DNA of 64,000 nt from an uncultured Prochlorococcus sp. GTDB taxonomy: Bacteria > Cyanobacteriota > Cyanobacteriia > PCC-6307 > Cyanobiaceae. A program made the position numbers and the translations under genes. Position 1 is the stretch's first letter. Each line of letters starts with the position of its first letter. The stretch is taken from the NCBI RefSeq assembly GCF_902622435.1, contig NZ_CACNQB010000003.1, one strand, 5' to 3'. The notes beneath the pieces were generated by a model that was not told where the DNA came from, ran no database searches, and saw only the letters and a list, made by a program, of their open reading frames with translations. Below are positions 9,394 to 18,572 of this stretch, in pieces.

Positions 9394-10560
9394 TTGAGTA
9401 ATATAAAATTTTCTGGTCTCCAAGGCCAAGCGCTTGTAATAGAGGATAAAGATATTCCAAGCATAAAAGAATTTCAGGATGTTATCCCAGATCACTACTT
9501 TAAGTGCATTACCAAAACTTCTTTGAGGTATCTTTTACAATCAGCTTTAATTCAATCATTAGTAGTTGCAATAGGGTTATCTATTCCATTTACTCCAAAA
9601 ATGATCCCAATTTGGATTATTTACGCATTAATATCAGGCACCACTGCTATGGGGTTCTGGGTAATTGCCCATGAATGTGGGCATGGAGCATTCTCTAAAA
9701 ATAAAACATTGGAATCTGTAACTGGTTATTTACTTCATTCATTACTTCTAGTACCTTATTTTTCTTGGCAGCGTTCTCATGCAGTTCATCATCGATTCAC
9801 AAATAACATAACTAATGGAGAAACTCACGTTCCTTTAGTAATTAAAGGGAACGGAGTTTCAGAAAAAGTTGGCGGAGAAAAAGAATTACATTTTTCAGAT
9901 TCCTTAGGTAAGAAAAATTATGGAATTCTTCAACTTTTTTTACATCTAATATTTGGCTGGCCTGCTTATTTACTTACGGGAAGTACAGGAGGTGTAAGAT
10001 ATGGAACTTCAAATCATTTTTGGCCAATTAAACCATTTTCTAAAGCATTATGGCCATCACACTGGGCCAAGAAGGTTTGGATATCAGATATTGGTGTAGG
10101 TTTGACATTATTAGGCATTGTTTATTTAGTTCTCAAGTGTGGAATATTTCCAGTAATTGCTATGTATTTTGGTCCTTTATTAGTGGTTAATTGTTGGCTA
10201 GTAGTTTATACATGGCTTCATCATACAGATTCTGATGTACCTCATCTTTCAAATACTGAATTTTCCTTTATGAGAGGGGCATTTCTTTCTATTGACAGAC
10301 CTTACGGTAAAGTCCTTAATTTTCTTCACCACAATATAGGTTCTAGCCATGTCGTTCATCATGTATGTCCAACGATCCCTCATTATCATGCAAAAAAGGC
10401 AACTGTCTTAATTAAAAAATCCTTTAAAAAAGCATATCTTTTTAATCCTGATCCAATACACAAAGCTCTATGGAATATTTCTTGCAATTGCGTTGCTGTT
10501 AAGTCAGATATCAAGAGAGGAAGATATGTATGGCAATCTTCATACAAAATGGTGGATTAA
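9394..10560 (+). CDS. desA: Delta-12 (omega-6) fatty acid desaturase, FAD2-like
   Basis: AHECGH, PYFSWQRSHAVHH and HNIGSSHVVHH boxes with the spacing typical of delta-12 desaturases. Confidence 0.88.
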   Translation: MSNIKFSGLQGQALVIEDKDIPSIKEFQDVIPDHYFKCITKTSLRYLLQSALIQSLVVAIGLSIPFTPKMIPIWIIYALISGTTAMGFWVIAHECGHGAFSKNKTLESVTGYLLHSLLLVPYFSWQRSHAVHHRFTNNITNGETHVPLVIKGNGVSEKVGGEKELHFSDSLGKKNYGILQLFLHLIFGWPAYLLTGSTGGVRYGTSNHFWPIKPFSKALWPSHWAKKVWISDIGVGLTLLGIVYLVLKCGIFPVIAMYFGPLLVVNCWLVVYTWLHHTDSDVPHLSNTEFSFMRGAFLSIDRPYGKVLNFLHHNIGSSHVVHHVCPTIPHYHAKKATVLIKKSFKKAYLFNPDPIHKALWNISCNCVAVKSDIKRGRYVWQSSYKMVD

Positions 10561-10675
10561 AAATATAATAAGCATCAATTCTTTATCACATTAATTTACG
10601 CAAATCTGAAAAGAATATAAAAGAATTAGCAAAAACAAATTTTTCATCTTAAAAATAACAAAACAAAATAGTTCT

Positions 10676-10837
10676 ATGAGTGGTGACAATTTGCATGGTA
10701 AGCAACCTATTAAATTTTATTCGGAAAAAATAACACTTACAAAAGTTGAATTATTAGAAAGACAGTTGAGTTTAGGCGAAAAAATTTCAGATTTAGATCA
10801 AAAGCATAAAGAATGGAGCAAAAAACTATCAGGTTGA
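10676..10837 (+). CDS. 53-aa hypothetical protein
   Basis: MSGDNLHGKQPIKFYSEKITLTKVELLERQLSLGEKISDLDQKHKEWSKKLSG. Confidence 0.65.
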   Translation: MSGDNLHGKQPIKFYSEKITLTKVELLERQLSLGEKISDLDQKHKEWSKKLSG

Positions 10838-10899
10838 TCATCAAATATGATGAATTTTAATTACTTTTTGATATTTCTACTTGCCTTATCAAGAAATTT

Positions 10900-11377
10900 T
10901 TCTGTGAATTATTGAAAAAACAATTACTTTCAATTGTATACTAATTACAAATTTTAAATGGCCACTACAAAATCCAAAATTGTCCCTTACTGAGTAATTT
11001 TCCTGACTCTATAAAGAGTGCCACAAGACTAGACCACTCTGCAACATGAATCATATTTATAGAGACTATTTCTTGCAAAGAATTAGCTAATACCAATGGA
11101 ATTTACCAAGGAATTTTTTTTACATCAATCTCAAGAGGCTGAGGCATTTTCCTAGTTAGGTCTTCATACTCAATCCAAGAACTTTTACTTTTCTATGCAC
11201 TAACTCTGGGTCACTTGTTTGCCAAATTATTTCAGGAAATCGTTTTTGAAAAAACACTCCATGTTCACCACTGCCACTACCGATTTCCAATACTGAACTT
11301 TTTTATATAATTCGGGATAGTGCATCACCAATGCAGTCTCTATTTCTTTGAGTTGCAGAAGAAAGGCTACTATCCAA
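10900..11377 (-). pseudogene. DUF938 family SAM-dependent methyltransferase pseudogene
   Basis: ATQRNRDCIGD, VLEIGSGSGEHG, WQTSDPE and SINMIHVAEW motifs are recognisable; TAA at 11303-11305, a 1-nt frameshift near 11189 and further in-frame stops. Confidence 0.85.
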
Positions 11378-11428
11378 AATTAAAAAAATTGGGCGCTTCA
11401 GTAAAAATAATAATTCTAAAATCCTTGA

Positions 11429-11539
11429 TTATTTAACCTTTCTCAATTTAGGAGTCTTGAAAAACATTATTTTAAGGCTAAAGAATAATATTGAAATTGT
11501 AAGAGCAGGCAAGATATAAAGTATTAAATCAGAACTCAT
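11429..11539 (-). CDS. 36-aa single-TM microprotein
   Basis: MSSDLILYILPALTISILFFSLKIMFFKTPKLRKVK; GGAAGGA upstream. Confidence 0.5.
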   Translation of the reverse strand: MSSDLILYILPALTISILFFSLKIMFFKTPKLRKVK

Positions 11540-11673
11540 TAGAGAAGGAATCCTTCCAAAAATTAAATGCATGTAGTAGCTCGCGAATGACATAAATTCA
11601 TATATATCTAATTTATTAATAGCAATTATTTAAATTCCTAAAAACTACTTTTAGTCAAAAACTAATAATTTAC

Positions 11674-11713
11674 AAAAAAAAGAGCCAGCCTGTATCCCTA
11701 CTAGCTGACTCTT
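11674..11713 (-). terminator. Intrinsic terminator
   Basis: AGAGTCAGC..GCTGGCTCT hairpin followed by an 8-T run on the minus strand. Confidence 0.6.
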
Positions 11714-11924
11714 ATAATATAGTAATTTAATTTACCTATAAATGAGGATATACCTCTAAAAAAACAAGGTGAAAAAGCTTATTTTTTTTTAGAATTTAAA
11801 AAATCAGACAAAAAAATAAATCCGCCAAAAAGGTATATTTCGACACATATATGTAGCATTATTAAAATTTTTCTGGCGAACCAAGGAATAATACCTCAAT
11901 TTCTTTACATTATTAAATAAATAT

Positions 11925-11942
11925 GTTATATTTGTTTACAAA
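11925..11942 (+). promoter_or_regulatory. HLR1-like (RpaB-type) direct repeat upstream of the hli pair
   Basis: GTTATATT-TG-TTTACAAA versus the consensus (G/T)TTACA(T/A)(T/A)-N2 repeat; one mismatch. Confidence 0.65.
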
Positions 11943-11955
11943 TTCACTTATCAAA

Positions 11956-12063
11956 ATGACTCCAGAAGCAGAACGTTTTAACGGTTGGGCAGCAATGTTA
12001 GGTTTCGTTGCAGCAGTTGGCGCCTATGTCACAACAGGCCAAATCATTCCAGGCTGGTTCTAA
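11956..12063 (+). CDS. hli: High-light inducible protein (35 aa)
   Basis: MTPEAERFNGWAAMLGFVAAVGAYVTTGQIIPGWF: ExxNGxxAMxG chlorophyll-binding motif plus TGQIIPG tail. Confidence 0.95.
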   Translation: MTPEAERFNGWAAMLGFVAAVGAYVTTGQIIPGWF

Positions 12064-12203
12064 TGAAAAATAACGAACCAAAAATAGTTGAAAAAGAAAA
12101 AATAGTTGCTGAAAAGCTTAACGGCAGATTTGCAATGATAGGTTTTGTAGCTTTAGTTGGAGCATACTTAACTACAGGTCAAATCATTCCTGGTTTTATC
12201 TAA
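12063..12203 (+). CDS. hli: High-light inducible protein (46 aa)
   Basis: TAATG overlap with the previous hli; AEKLNGRFAMIG...TTGQIIPGFI; the track start at 11985 is an overextension. Confidence 0.95.
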   Translation: MKNNEPKIVEKEKIVAEKLNGRFAMIGFVALVGAYLTTGQIIPGFI

Positions 12204-12222
12204 TATAAATTTTTGATCTTTT

Positions 12223-12255
12223 AAAAAGCCTAATCTAAATTTAGGCTTTTTTTTT
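12223..12255 (+). terminator. Intrinsic terminator after the hli pair
   Basis: AAAAAGCCTAA-loop-TTAGGC followed by a T run. Confidence 0.85.
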
Positions 12256-12646
12256 CGGAATTTTTTTTGATAATAAATAGTCTTTTTAATGGAGGATTGA
12301 ATAATCCTATTTCGAACAAAAAATATGTTAAAAACAGTATAAAAATACATTCTTATTTCTAAAGATTAGTTTCAAGGTTTTTTATTTAAAATATTTTGTT
12401 GCAGGTTGGTTTGAAAAGATTTTTTTAGTTAATTTTAAAATATATAGTGGGAAACGAATTAAGCTAAAAAGATTTATAAATAAGGATGCTAAAGAAAATA
12501 ATTTTTCCTAGTAAAAATTTGAGGAATAAAAATGATTAATGCAAAAAATGTTTTAAAAGAAATATTAATTTGTTTATTCATCTTCTATAAGAATTAAATT
12601 TATTCGTTAATAGATGCTATCTTTATCCAGATAATTCTAAGATTAA

Positions 12647-12781
12647 ATGAGAGTAAAGCTTGAACCGGAGACAGCATTTATTGGCAAAAAGTTTGCATAT
12701 ATATTTCTAGGGATAATATTTAGCCTAAATGCCATAACTTTTATTTGGTTTTTCTTATTTTCAAATTTAGATAAAACCTAA
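12647..12781 (+). CDS. 44-aa single-TM microprotein
   Basis: MRVKLEPETAFIGKKFAYIFLGIIFSLNAITFIWFFLFSNLDKT. Confidence 0.7.
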   Translation: MRVKLEPETAFIGKKFAYIFLGIIFSLNAITFIWFFLFSNLDKT

Positions 12782-12836
12782 ATCTTTCGATCAAAATAGT
12801 TAAATAATATACCTTAAATTAAAATTTATTTTGATA

Positions 12837-13043
12837 CTAAAAAATTCCTGGAATGATCTGACCTGTTGTTACATAAGCACCTAATAGTGCAACGAAGCCA
12901 ACCATAGCCCATCTACCATTTACTTTTTCTGCATTTTGAGGATATCCATCGTAAGACACAGTTTCATCAATATAAGGTCTAGTTTCTGATGGGAACATAT
13001 TCTGTCTTCCACCTGACTCTGTTGTAACTCCTGATTTAGTCAT
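12837..13043 (-). CDS. hli: High-light inducible protein (68 aa)
   Basis: AEKVNGRWAMVG...TTGQIIPGIF. Confidence 0.95.
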   Translation of the reverse strand: MTKSGVTTESGGRQNMFPSETRPYIDETVSYDGYPQNAEKVNGRWAMVGFVALLGAYVTTGQIIPGIF

Positions 13044-13276
13044 TAAAGAAATAATAATTGTTAACTAAAATAACATAAATATTAACTTATGTAAACTAAA
13101 ACCATTAAAAATTTTGCTCATAGTATTTATACAATGGATCAATGTGTGTCATTTCTGTCCAAAAAATTAATATCCCATATTTTTTAACCAAATCATCCTT
13201 TTTGTAAAATTTGAAGATAAATAATTAAAATAAGCATTTATACTCACAGTAAGTAAAATTACTCAGTAAAATATTC

Positions 13277-13375
13277 ATAGCATTTAGGAAGTGCTTAGCT
13301 GGTTAAATCGGTAATCTGAATTAACTAGTTCGTCATGAGCTTGCCTGTGGGATACTTGCAGGCTCTTTCAATTTT
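13277..13375 (+). ncRNA. Candidate ~95-nt sRNA with three hairpins
   Basis: TAAAAT -10 box at 13267; stems AGCATTT/AAGTGCT, AGCTGGTTAA/TTAACTAGTT and GAGCTTGC/GCAGGCTC followed by T-rich sequence. Confidence 0.55.
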
Positions 13376-13493
13376 GAAACAGGTTCAAATACTAAACATC
13401 TAGATAATTTTTGACTTATTAAATTTTAAAGAAAACTTAAAATGTCAAATATTTTTTTATTTGCTAAATAGAAATTAGACTTAAAAAAAATGT

Positions 13494-13595
13494 ATGTCTC
13501 TAGATTTTATCCTCATTCCATCTTGTATTTTGATTATCCTTTTTCTGTTAAATCGAGAAAATCTAATCTACAAAAAAAATCAAAAGGTTAAGTAA
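13494..13595 (+). CDS. 33-aa single-TM microprotein
   Basis: MSLDFILIPSCILIILFLLNRENLIYKKNQKVK. Confidence 0.45.
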   Translation: MSLDFILIPSCILIILFLLNRENLIYKKNQKVK

Positions 13596-14020
13596 GATAA
13601 TTATCCTAAAAAAGGGTTTATACTAAATGTCGTACGACATTATTTTTCATAAATAATAGTTTTTTTAGAAAACTACTTTGAAAAAAGTTTTAAAAACTTA
13701 AAAGATTTAGTAGAAAAACTATACCAACTTTTTACTTAAAATTAATTTATTCCAATAAAGTTTTGAATTATTAATTTGACTTAGTTTTTGTTGGCAGTGT
13801 ATGCAATTGCATTTGTATATTAAAGTTTTATTTTTCATGCTTTAAGTCTTTTTTTAAAGAAAACAAATTTCTTTTTTTTTTGCAAGCATTAATTAATTAT
13901 TTATATGATTTATTGTTTTTATAATAAAATACTCTTCTTAAGTATCATTTTTATATTGGTTTCTAAATCATTGATATTTTATAATGTTAAAAAATACAGT
14001 AAAAAACAAATAAATTTCTT

Positions 14021-15226
14021 TTGAAACTTTCAAATCAACCACTAATTAAAAAAACTATTAATAAAATAATTTCTCCTTGGTATTTACTTCCCTTAATAGA
14101 TAGATGGGTATTAGGGCAAATAATACCTCCCATGATATTTGCAATTTCTGCTTTTACTGTAATTTCATTATCTGTTGGAGTAATGTTTGATCTTATAAGG
14201 AAAATAGTTGAATTTGGTTTACCTTTATTTTTAGCTTTAAAAGTTCTTTTTTTTAGTTTACCCAGTTTTTTAGTTTTATCATTCCCAATGGCAGTTTTAC
14301 TTTCAACATTATTAGCCTATGGAAAATTATCAAGCAATTCTGAATTGTTGGCATTGAAATCTTTGGGTATTAAAACCTCAAGAATTATTTCTCCAGCTAT
14401 TGCTCTTTCAATATTTATGACAGGATTGACCTTTTACTTTAACGATAATTTAGTCCCTGCGAGCAATAAATTAGCTGAAACGACATTAAGAGCAGGAATA
14501 GGAAGTTCTTTTAGCGCCGAACAAAGGAAAGATAATATTATGTTTTCAAGATACGGATCTAGGATCAATGCATTAAATAAAAAACCAACAAAGACAAACA
14601 CTTATCTTACTCATATATTTTATGCTTCATGGTATGAAAACAATATTATGGAGGGAGTTACAGTTTTAGATTTTTCCAGGGAAGATTTTCAACAAATTTT
14701 AAAGGCAAAGAATGGAAGATTTGACAAAACAAGTTCTTCTTGGATATTTTCTGACGGTAGTATTGTATCTATTGATCCAAGCGGACAAACTACAAATATT
14801 CAATTTAAAGAATATATATATCCATTTGTTGAAGGTCCCATGGAGCTAGCAAAGGTGCCTAAAGATGCAAATGAAATGACTTTAAAGCAGGCTATACAAG
14901 CAGAAAAGATTTATATGAAAACTGGAAACTTGAAGGAGGTAAGAAGAATTAAAGTCCGCATTCAAGAAAAATTCACTCTACCTTTTGCCTGTTTGGTCTT
15001 TGGTTTAATAGGAAGCAGTCTGGGATCTAAATCTAATTTAAGATCTTCAAAAAGTCAGGGATTTGGATTGAGCGTAATACTGATATTAATTTATTACGTT
15101 ATATCATTTTTATTTAGTTCGTTCGGAGTAAAAGGTATTTTACCTCCAATTTTTGCTGCATGGTTACCTGTCTTAATTTCTCTTGGAGGTGGAATTTATT
15201 TATTAAGAAAATCAAGTTCTTTTTAA
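14021..15226 (+). CDS. LptF/LptG (YjgP/YjgQ) family permease
   Basis: LSFPMAVLLSTLLAYGKLSSNSELLALKSLG motif; 3 TM, periplasmic domain, 3 TM. Confidence 0.9.
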   Translation: MKLSNQPLIKKTINKIISPWYLLPLIDRWVLGQIIPPMIFAISAFTVISLSVGVMFDLIRKIVEFGLPLFLALKVLFFSLPSFLVLSFPMAVLLSTLLAYGKLSSNSELLALKSLGIKTSRIISPAIALSIFMTGLTFYFNDNLVPASNKLAETTLRAGIGSSFSAEQRKDNIMFSRYGSRINALNKKPTKTNTYLTHIFYASWYENNIMEGVTVLDFSREDFQQILKAKNGRFDKTSSSWIFSDGSIVSIDPSGQTTNIQFKEYIYPFVEGPMELAKVPKDANEMTLKQAIQAEKIYMKTGNLKEVRRIKVRIQEKFTLPFACLVFGLIGSSLGSKSNLRSSKSQGFGLSVILILIYYVISFLFSSFGVKGILPPIFAAWLPVLISLGGGIYLLRKSSSF

Positions 15227-15281
15227 TGTTTTAAGTACATAAATAACAAAATTCTTCTGCAAGTAATAGATTCTTAAATCT

Positions 15282-15866
15282 TTATTTCTCGTCTATTTTT
15301 TGATAACCATACCAATCAGGATAGTTGTTTTCTCGAATAAAGTTATTATCTGGAATTAATTCTATTTCCCAATTACCTATCTTTTTTATTTGTTCACAAT
15401 CATCGAAACTAATTAACATTTCTAAAGAAGCAAGATCATCATTATGCTTTTCTTTACACCCAATAAGCCATTTAGACTTAGCTAAATTTTTTGCCTCTAA
15501 TTTATTTGAAGCTATAACTAATCCAAACTCATGTTTTTCCATCATAGAAGTTGGATTATAGCCTCCAATATTGACAAACCATAAATATTTTTTGGAGTTA
15601 TTTTCTTTTAATAATTGCTTTTTTCCTATTTTATGCTTTTCAACATTTTTTAAATTAATCTTATGACCATCTATATATTGTATTTTTTTATAGCTATCTA
15701 TATGCAAACCTTTTGAGAATCCAAACCAATCCTTTCTTAAAGTATTGAATGTGTCTTCAATCTTAGATCCAACAACCCATCTAACATCATGAAGTTCAAT
15801 ATTAGCTTTTTCTGCTCTACCTCCAAGTACAACTAAATAAAGAAAATTATTTTCTAATTTTTTCAC
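15282..15866 (-). CDS. DUF1543 family protein
   Basis: LYLVVLGG..NIELHDVRWVVG..LHIDSY and the second-repeat VNIGGY..EKHEF. Confidence 0.85.
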   Translation of the reverse strand: MKKLENNFLYLVVLGGRAEKANIELHDVRWVVGSKIEDTFNTLRKDWFGFSKGLHIDSYKKIQYIDGHKINLKNVEKHKIGKKQLLKENNSKKYLWFVNIGGYNPTSMMEKHEFGLVIASNKLEAKNLAKSKWLIGCKEKHNDDLASLEMLISFDDCEQIKKIGNWEIELIPDNNFIRENNYPDWYGYQKIDEK

Positions 15867-15950
15867 TTTTAATAAATAAATTTTATTTAAACTTTAATTT
15901 AAATTATAAAAATTTAGCTTATACACAATTTTTCTAATTCATAGTTTCTG

Positions 15951-16094
15951 TTAATTAAACCAACCTTTTTTCTTATCTTTAATCTTTGGTGAAGTCTGAA
16001 TCTTAGGCTCCTCATCTACTCTCCCTTTAATAATCATTAAAGGAACTATTGCCCATAGAGCTAAAAATAATATCCAGAATAGGTAAATGTTCAT
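15951..16094 (-). CDS. 47-aa single-TM microprotein
   Basis: MNIYLFWILFLALWAIVPLMIIKGRVDEEPKIQTSPKIKDKKKGWFN. Confidence 0.7.
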   Translation of the reverse strand: MNIYLFWILFLALWAIVPLMIIKGRVDEEPKIQTSPKIKDKKKGWFN

Positions 16095-16431
16095 ACTATT
16101 AAATTGAATGAATATATAATAAAATTAATTAAATATGAGTCGCGAGTTTCTTTTTAAAGTTCCAATTTTGATGTATGATCGATAATTTATTTTAATGAAA
16201 TTTGTATAAGATGTCTAATAAATTTTATGTAAATGTTGAAGTTGCCAAAATATTAAAAAGTAAAAATTTGAAATTTTTATCCGGTAATTAAAATAATTGC
16301 ACTCATCAAAACCACTGCTTTGCTATGGGATGTATAGGATACATTTATATAACGACACGATAAAATTTTTTTCGTGGATCTTTTAAATCATACTTTTGCA
16401 TATCTAAAATAAATAAAAAATTAATAGATAA

Positions 16432-16587
16432 ATGAAAAAATGTGATTTATGTCATGAGCCAGATAAAACCCATTACAGGGTTAAATCCATAATTCATACC
16501 AACTGGATTTTTTGTTGTAAAGAATGTTGAAATCTAATTTCTACACATAAAAATTATTCCTATGGCGGAACTAGAAAGTCAAAATAA
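16432..16587 (+). pseudogene. Small Cys-rich (CxxC...CxxC) protein interrupted by one TGA
   Basis: MKKCDLCHEP...WIFCCKEC*NLISTHKNYSYGGTRKSK; TGA at 16528-16530, with the frame staying open for 18 more codons. Confidence 0.6.
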
Positions 16588-16618
16588 ATTAATTTTATTA
16601 GAAAAAAATTTTGACTTT

Positions 16619-17140
16619 CTAAAAAAAATCATTAATTTCTTTTTTTATAGATTTATATTCTAAATTAATTCCTTTAATAAATTCACCTAATTCTTTTTTT
16701 GTATTCTTATATTCATTTATTTTTTGTTTGGTTTTCTCATAGAAAATGGATTCAAATTTTCCTGGACTTACCTCCTCAATCCAATATCCTGCTAAACAAT
16801 AAATTTGATTTGGAACAAAATTTATAATAAATAATTTTTTGGAATTTTTATATTGATCAATGATCTTATTAGCAAAAGTACCTTTAGTTTTGTTAATCCC
16901 GAATAGAGTAATATCTCTTGCTAGAGGCTTAAAATTCTTCGATAGATTCTTACTTTTTTCTAACGTATTTCTAGAAATTATTTTTTCTAGGGAATAACAA
17001 TAATCGAAAAAATTAGTATTTTCTTTTTTTGAAGGATATATAGTTACGAGAGAGCTTAAAAGTAAAAAAGAAGTTAAAAGAAATTTTTTAAACATTTTTA
17101 TTTTAATTAGATTTATCATTTCATAAATATAAAAAGACAA
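16619..17140 (-). CDS. Hypothetical exported protein
   Basis: Signal-like MFKKFLLTSFLLLSSL; start probably at the internal Met. Confidence 0.75.
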   Translation of the reverse strand: MSFYIYEMINLIKIKMFKKFLLTSFLLLSSLVTIYPSKKENTNFFDYCYSLEKIISRNTLEKSKNLSKNFKPLARDITLFGINKTKGTFANKIIDQYKNSKKLFIINFVPNQIYCLAGYWIEEVSPGKFESIFYEKTKQKINEYKNTKKELGEFIKGINLEYKSIKKEINDFF

Positions 17141-17293
17141 TTCATAAATTACTATTAATTACCTTAAGAAGATTCACATTAATTAAAAAGATTTCTATTA
17201 ATTGAGCTAAACCTCTTTGTAAAAATTTTAAAAGTATTTAGGACTAATTAAGTATTTATCAAAAGCATATAATTTTTTTCTTATAATAAGTGT

Positions 17294-17674
17294 ATGAATA
17301 ATCTTTTTTTAAAAAATAAAAGTATCAAATCTTTTTTAGATTTTTTTTCAAGATTATCAATTTCAGCAATATTTATCTCAGCCATACCAGGTAAAATAAA
17401 TAATTTTGAAAGAACAGTTGAATATATTTCTTCAAAAGGGATTCCTGAACCAATTTCATCTATCCTTCTAGTAGGAGCAATTATATGTCTTATCTTAGGT
17501 TCTGGATTTTTTATATTTGGAGAAAATCAAAAAATAGGTTCAGTCTTTTTATTACTATTTCTTATTCCAACAACAATAATTTTTCATGTATTCCCTTTCC
17601 ATCAAAGAGCAGTATTCATTAATCTTGGATTGATAGGTGGATTAATAATTGCTGCAATAAGGAAACCAAAATAA
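17294..17674 (+). CDS. DoxX family membrane protein
   Basis: Four TM segments; RLSISAIFISA..K and FLIPTTIIFH..NLGLIGGL. Confidence 0.85.
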   Translation: MNNLFLKNKSIKSFLDFFSRLSISAIFISAIPGKINNFERTVEYISSKGIPEPISSILLVGAIICLILGSGFFIFGENQKIGSVFLLLFLIPTTIIFHVFPFHQRAVFINLGLIGGLIIAAIRKPK

Positions 17675-17701
17675 TTAAATTAAAGAAACCTAAATATCGT
17701 T

Positions 17702-17896
17702 TTATTTTTTCTCTCTTAATTCAGGAAAGCAATTCGCAATATGAATTAATTCATAAACTTCTTTGATGTCATATTTTTTATTAGGAATTCCACTTCCTAC
17801 CTCTATGCCTCTCTCTTTCATCTTCTTTAATATCAATTCTTGTCTTTGCATACTTGACATAGACTTAAATCTTTTTATTCGTTCTTCTTTATTCAC
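17702..17896 (-). CDS. 64-aa hypothetical protein
   Basis: ORF track; no competing ORF. Confidence 0.6.
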   Translation of the reverse strand: MNKEERIKRFKSMSSMQRQELILKKMKERGIEVGSGIPNKKYDIKEVYELIHIANCFPELREKK

Positions 17897-18185
17897 TATA
17901 TCTTAATTAATTTAAAATTTATTTTTTAAGGTTTTTATCAATTAGCGATTCATTAAATAAGTAAGAAAGCCAGTAAATGTAAGCAATTTGAATCCAATAA
18001 AGAAAGGCAAATATTTTTTGACCTTTTTGCCAACGGGCAATAATTTGTTTAATGAATTGATCATAATTTACATTTCAAGTTTTATTCTTTAAATATCCTA
18101 ACGAATTTTTTTTTAAATTATTACAGCTACTAATTGTTCATTTTTAATAATCGTTCTAAGATTGTAATAATAATTTTATTTTTTT

Positions 18186-18572
18186 ATGAATGATGAAGAA
18201 ACAATAACTACATTATTAAATGAGTTTGCTAATCCAGAAAAAATGGCTTCATTTTTTGTTGACAATTCAACTCCTGATTTTTTATTCATAAGGCCGAGTG
18301 GTAATCCTATAGATGCAAAAGGATTCGAACAAATGATTACTGGTGATATAGTTCAAGAAAAGGCAGAAATAACCAAAATTCACCGATTCGAATTTTTAAG
18401 CGAGAATATAGTAATGTGCATTTTTACACTAGGTTCAAAATTTACTTATAAAGGGACACCTAATGATGACTTACCCACAGTTACGTCAATTTTTAAAAAA
18501 GTAAATAATGTTTGGAAAATTCACTGGATGCAAAGATCTACAGGAAATTCGGATTTATCTTTATGGGATTAG
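18186..18572 (+). CDS. DUF3804 / SnoaL-NTF2-like protein
   Basis: FIRPSGNP and WMQRS motifs; paralog at 26584. Confidence 0.85.
   Translation: MNDEETITTLLNEFANPEKMASFFVDNSTPDFLFIRPSGNPIDAKGFEQMITGDIVQEKAEITKIHRFEFLSENIVMCIFTLGSKFTYKGTPNDDLPTVTSIFKKVNNVWKIHWMQRSTGNSDLSLWD

Noticed and set aside
11985-12062. N-terminal extension of the second hli
   Set aside because: It is an alternate frame of the first hli; the true start is the TAATG overlap at 12063
12168-12350. 60-aa minus-strand ORF
   Set aside because: Runs antisense through hli and its terminator; low-complexity K/F composition
13376-13400. GGTTCAAAT resembling a tRNA T-loop or att remnant
   Set aside because: Flanks do not form a T-stem and there is no acceptor or CCA end
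15325-15561. 78-aa plus-strand ORF
   Set aside because: Antisense to the DUF1543 gene
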